A DNA stretch of 64,000 nt from Camelus dromedarius. Lineage: Eukaryota. The position numbers and the translations under genes are program-made. This document shows, one piece after another, positions 60,966 to 64,000 of the stretch; position 1 is the stretch's first letter; each line of letters starts with the position of its first letter. The stretch lies in the NCBI RefSeq assembly GCF_036321535.1, contig NC_087436.1, positions 123,196,001 to 123,260,000 of the forward strand, given 5' to 3'. Under the pieces are notes generated by a model. That model made no database searches and was not told where the DNA came from. It worked only from the letters and a program-made list of their open reading frames with translations.

Positions 60966-62133
60966 GGACAAACTACATCCAGAAGTGCCAGAGAGTGGGA
61001 GGCTCAAGAGAAAAGGTCAGTGAAATATGTGGCATTAACCCCTTCAATTCCAGGCTGCTTTACTCACCCAGTAAATGTTTACTGAGTAACTACCAACATT
61101 GCCCTCAAGCTTTAAATCAAAAAATGATTCCTCACCAAATGATAATGTGTCCCATGAGCAGCCACAGAAGTAAGGCTTGGTCAGACTTCTACACCACACT
61201 GACTTGCAGGGTACTCACAACCTTTCAAGCTCTTCTGTCCTTTTCTGATCCCACCCCTTTACTCATCCTTGGGATCTAGGCTGGAATGTAATTTCCTTAG
61301 ACAGGCTTTTCTGCTTCACCCCAATCTAAACTGAGCCCCCTACCCAGCACTGAGCACCACACCCTGTTTTTTCATTAGGCATTAATCACACTTCGTAACT
61401 GCACATTCATTTGTTTAACAGCTGTGTCTCTTATTAGAGACTGAAAGTTCCATGAAGACAGAGATACTATTTTCCCCCAACTGTATATCCACTGCAATAT
61501 CAGCACACAGTAGTTGCTCAATAAATAGTTTTAAAGCCAATCAGTAAAGCTTTACTCTTCTCTTTACCCACAGTTCTTGGGTAAATCACTGTGCACTTCA
61601 AAGGCACACCCACTAGGCTGAACACATGAAGACAGTTTATAGAGTAGAATCAGAGATATCTGTTGAAGCCAGATCATGTTGGTTTGGTCACTGTGTACAC
61701 TACAATTCTGGACAAGTCATTTGACTTATCTGAGTTTGCTTCCTTATCCACAAAGTAAAGAGACTGAACTAGATGACCCTAGAGGTTCCTTCCAGAATTA
61801 AAACTGATCCACTGATGATTAAAGAAGATAGCAGGTTAGCAACGAGGACGGTATCTCTTGAATCAGGTTGGCCTAGAAGATCTGGCTGAAAATTTTTTAT
61901 GCTTCCCATGAAGCACGAGCTTTGGCTATGTGGCAAAGGGCACAAATCATGGGGCTCAGTTCCATCCAATGGGAGGCTTCTTCAGCATTCTATTGCCCCA
62001 GCCAGGCTGACAGCACCAAACTAATTTTCACTTAGTTAAAATTGGGACTCCAAGTAAAAGACTACAGGGAGTCCCTCTAAACTTCTGAAACAGCCAAACC
62101 ATGATCTGTAATATGTTAAGTCAAACTGTTTAC

Positions 62134-62339
62134 CTTGATTCGAGGCATAGTAACTGTAGGAGGCTTTGCTTCGGCCACAAAACTGTGAGATGGTCCTTTT
62201 TCCACAAGGTAAGTTGTGTAGGGCATAAATTTCACACCCTTTGACCCAAACACAAAATCATCTCTCAAGCCGTCTATCAGCACAATAACAATTTTACTGA
62301 AGAGAGGTGGTGGGAGCTTGGTCCAGTTGGAACTGGCTC
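62134..62339 (-). CDS. PIGG: PIGG exon 2
   Basis: ASSNWTKLPPPLFSKIVIVLIDGLRDDFVFGSKGVKFMPYTTYLVEKG..HSFVAEAKPPTVTMPRIK. ttag|gag ... caag|gtaaac. Confidence 0.96.
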
Positions 62340-63252
62340 CTAAAAGTGTTTGAAAGAAAAAAAGGAAATTGAATTTTAAACTTTATGTAGCATTCAAACA
62401 CCTTCTAATGTAGTTTCTGCCTACTTCTCCAGCACATACTCTGTCACATCTACATATCCTGACCCAAAGGAAAAGGCCTGTTCTTGGTAGACAACGCTGG
62501 GTTCAGGGGGTGGGCAACAAGGAAGCTCAGAGATCCCCAGTATTAAGTAGCAAACTGCCCTTAGCATGGTGAGGAGTACTGGGACAAGGGAGTGTCCTTC
62601 TTGAGTGTCCTGGAATGGGACACCAGGGCGCCTGACCCCAAACACAGTGCTACAGGTAGGGGATGGGTGAGCATTTACAAACTGTTTACATGGCTAGCAG
62701 CTGGTATTGTGTGGATCTGGTCCAAAACCTGAGTGTCTTTACCTGGTATATACTGCTGGATAGGTGAGGGCTAAGAAGGGGGGTCTATGCAGGGAGGTCT
62801 TAACTACTGAGCAAAACGGGGTCTTGGAGGAATATCATAGAAGAAAACACGAGAGGTCGGCAGGAATCTCATCTGTTGTGTCTTACTGAGCAAAAAGGGT
62901 GCCTGGAACAGTGAGTGACCCAAACACCTGCTCAGGGAAGGAGGTCGGGGTGTCACTGGATGAGGAGTGCTGGGGAGAGGCTTGCTTTTCACGGGTGTAG
63001 AGAGCTTACTTTATGGTGACCAAGGAGTAGGATCTTAGTAGTAGGCTGGTAGTGGGGCTTGCCAAAAAGTTGTAGGATACAGAAAAGGAGACTGGAGCGG
63101 TAAGAAGGGGGCTCTTGGGGGTGAGGATCAGAATGGACGAGGAGACCACTCGGGAACCCTGGAAAGAAGTCCAAGAGGCAAAGCTCATAAGGAGGGTCCT
63201 CCGGGGAAATGTGGGGCCCAGGGAGCAGAGATGCCTGGGGAGTGGTCCGTAC

Positions 63253-63406
63253 CAGACGAGGGTTCGGGCGCTGGGGGCTCTGCTTCGTTCTCCGTCCTGG
63301 AAGAGAAACAAATGGGGGCCGGGAAGAATCCCCGAAGGAAGAGGGCGACCCCCAGCACCTCGATCACTACGCAGCAGGCGGCGAAGGCCCCGGAGCCTAG
63401 CCGCAT
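63253..63406 (-). CDS. PIGG: PIGG exon 1 coding part
   Basis: MRLGSGAFAACCVVIEVLGVALFLRGFFPAP...PPAPEPS. 154 nt, donor tctg|gtacgg. Confidence 0.96.
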
Positions 63407-63419
63407 CGCGCCCACCCGC

Positions 63420-63700
63420 CGGGCCGGGAGCCAGGTTCCCAGACCCCCGTGCAAGTCTCGCCAGAAGCAGCCTCTTCCGCCCCGAGCAAGCAGCCTCTGA
63501 GCAAGCGCGAACCGGAGGGCCTGACAGGTTCCCGTCGTCTATCCGTCAGTCTGCGCGCCGGAAATGCGCACAAGGGGGCGGGCGCTTCCGGGGCGGGGCG
63601 GCCCTGGGCTCCCGGCTCCTCGTGTACTTCCGGTGCGCCTGCCCGCGAGGCCCCGCCAGCCCCGGGGGGCAGTGAGGTGTCCCGTGTGCTGCGTCAGTGT
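63420..63700. promoter_or_regulatory. PIGG: PIGG CpG-island promoter with GC boxes and ETS-type motifs
   Basis: GGGGCGGG boxes near 63573-63600, CCGGAAAT near 63558, CTTCCGG near 63584 and ACTTCCGG near 63626. No TATA box. Confidence 0.75.
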
Positions 63701-64000
63701 GTTCGTGTGTCTGTGTCTGTGTCTGTGTCTGTGGCCCTGCCGTGTGCTTGCCCCCTGTTAGGAGCTGTCACACATTCTGTGAGCCTGCTGAGTCAGGTGC
63801 CGTCGCCCTCAGAGCCACTTGTGTCGTGGGCAGGTGTGTGCAGAGGACGCGGTCTGTGGCTCGGGCCTCGAGTCAGGCCATTGCATCGCCAGGTGACCTC
63901 CAGAAACTCCGGCTGACGTCCCGGGTCAGGGCCCCCTGTGCGGCGTTGAACTCCGGGACATTGTTGGGGCTCCATCCAGACCCCTTCAGTGTCCAGTGCC

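Larger units (their letters stand above)
36016..63406 (-). other. PIGG: PIGG gene span (GPI ethanolamine phosphate transferase 2, catalytic subunit), 13 coding exons
   Basis: Exons of 154+206+210+189+142+213+218+282+458+192+310+164+214 = 2952 nt = 983 aa + stop. All introns are GT-AG with consistent phases. Confidence 0.97.

Overview
Mammalian genomic DNA, most likely a camelid judging by its tRNA-derived SINEs and L1 3' ends (inference). It is syntenic with the human PDE6B-TMEM271-PIGG interval. It holds PDE6B coding exon 1 and its rod promoter (- strand), the single-coding-exon gene TMEM271 (+ strand, in a CpG island), and the complete 13-exon PIGG CDS (- strand; my exon calls sum to 2952 nt = 983 aa + stop, all GT-AG). 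Between the genes are L1, SINE, MaLR, hAT-Charlie, MIR and L2 relics, a dense cluster of solo ERV LTRs (25.4-31.4 kb) and a degraded FBXO27 retrocopy. There are no prokaryotic systems, CRISPR arrays or genuine tRNA/rRNA genes. The most interesting observations concern TMEM271. Its leader has two uORFs chained to the main ORF by ATGA stop/start overlaps across all three frames, and its coding sequence contains a near-consensus REST/RE1 silencer. Gene and repeat identities come from recalled sequences, not database searches; repeat boundaries are approximate unless target-site duplications are given.
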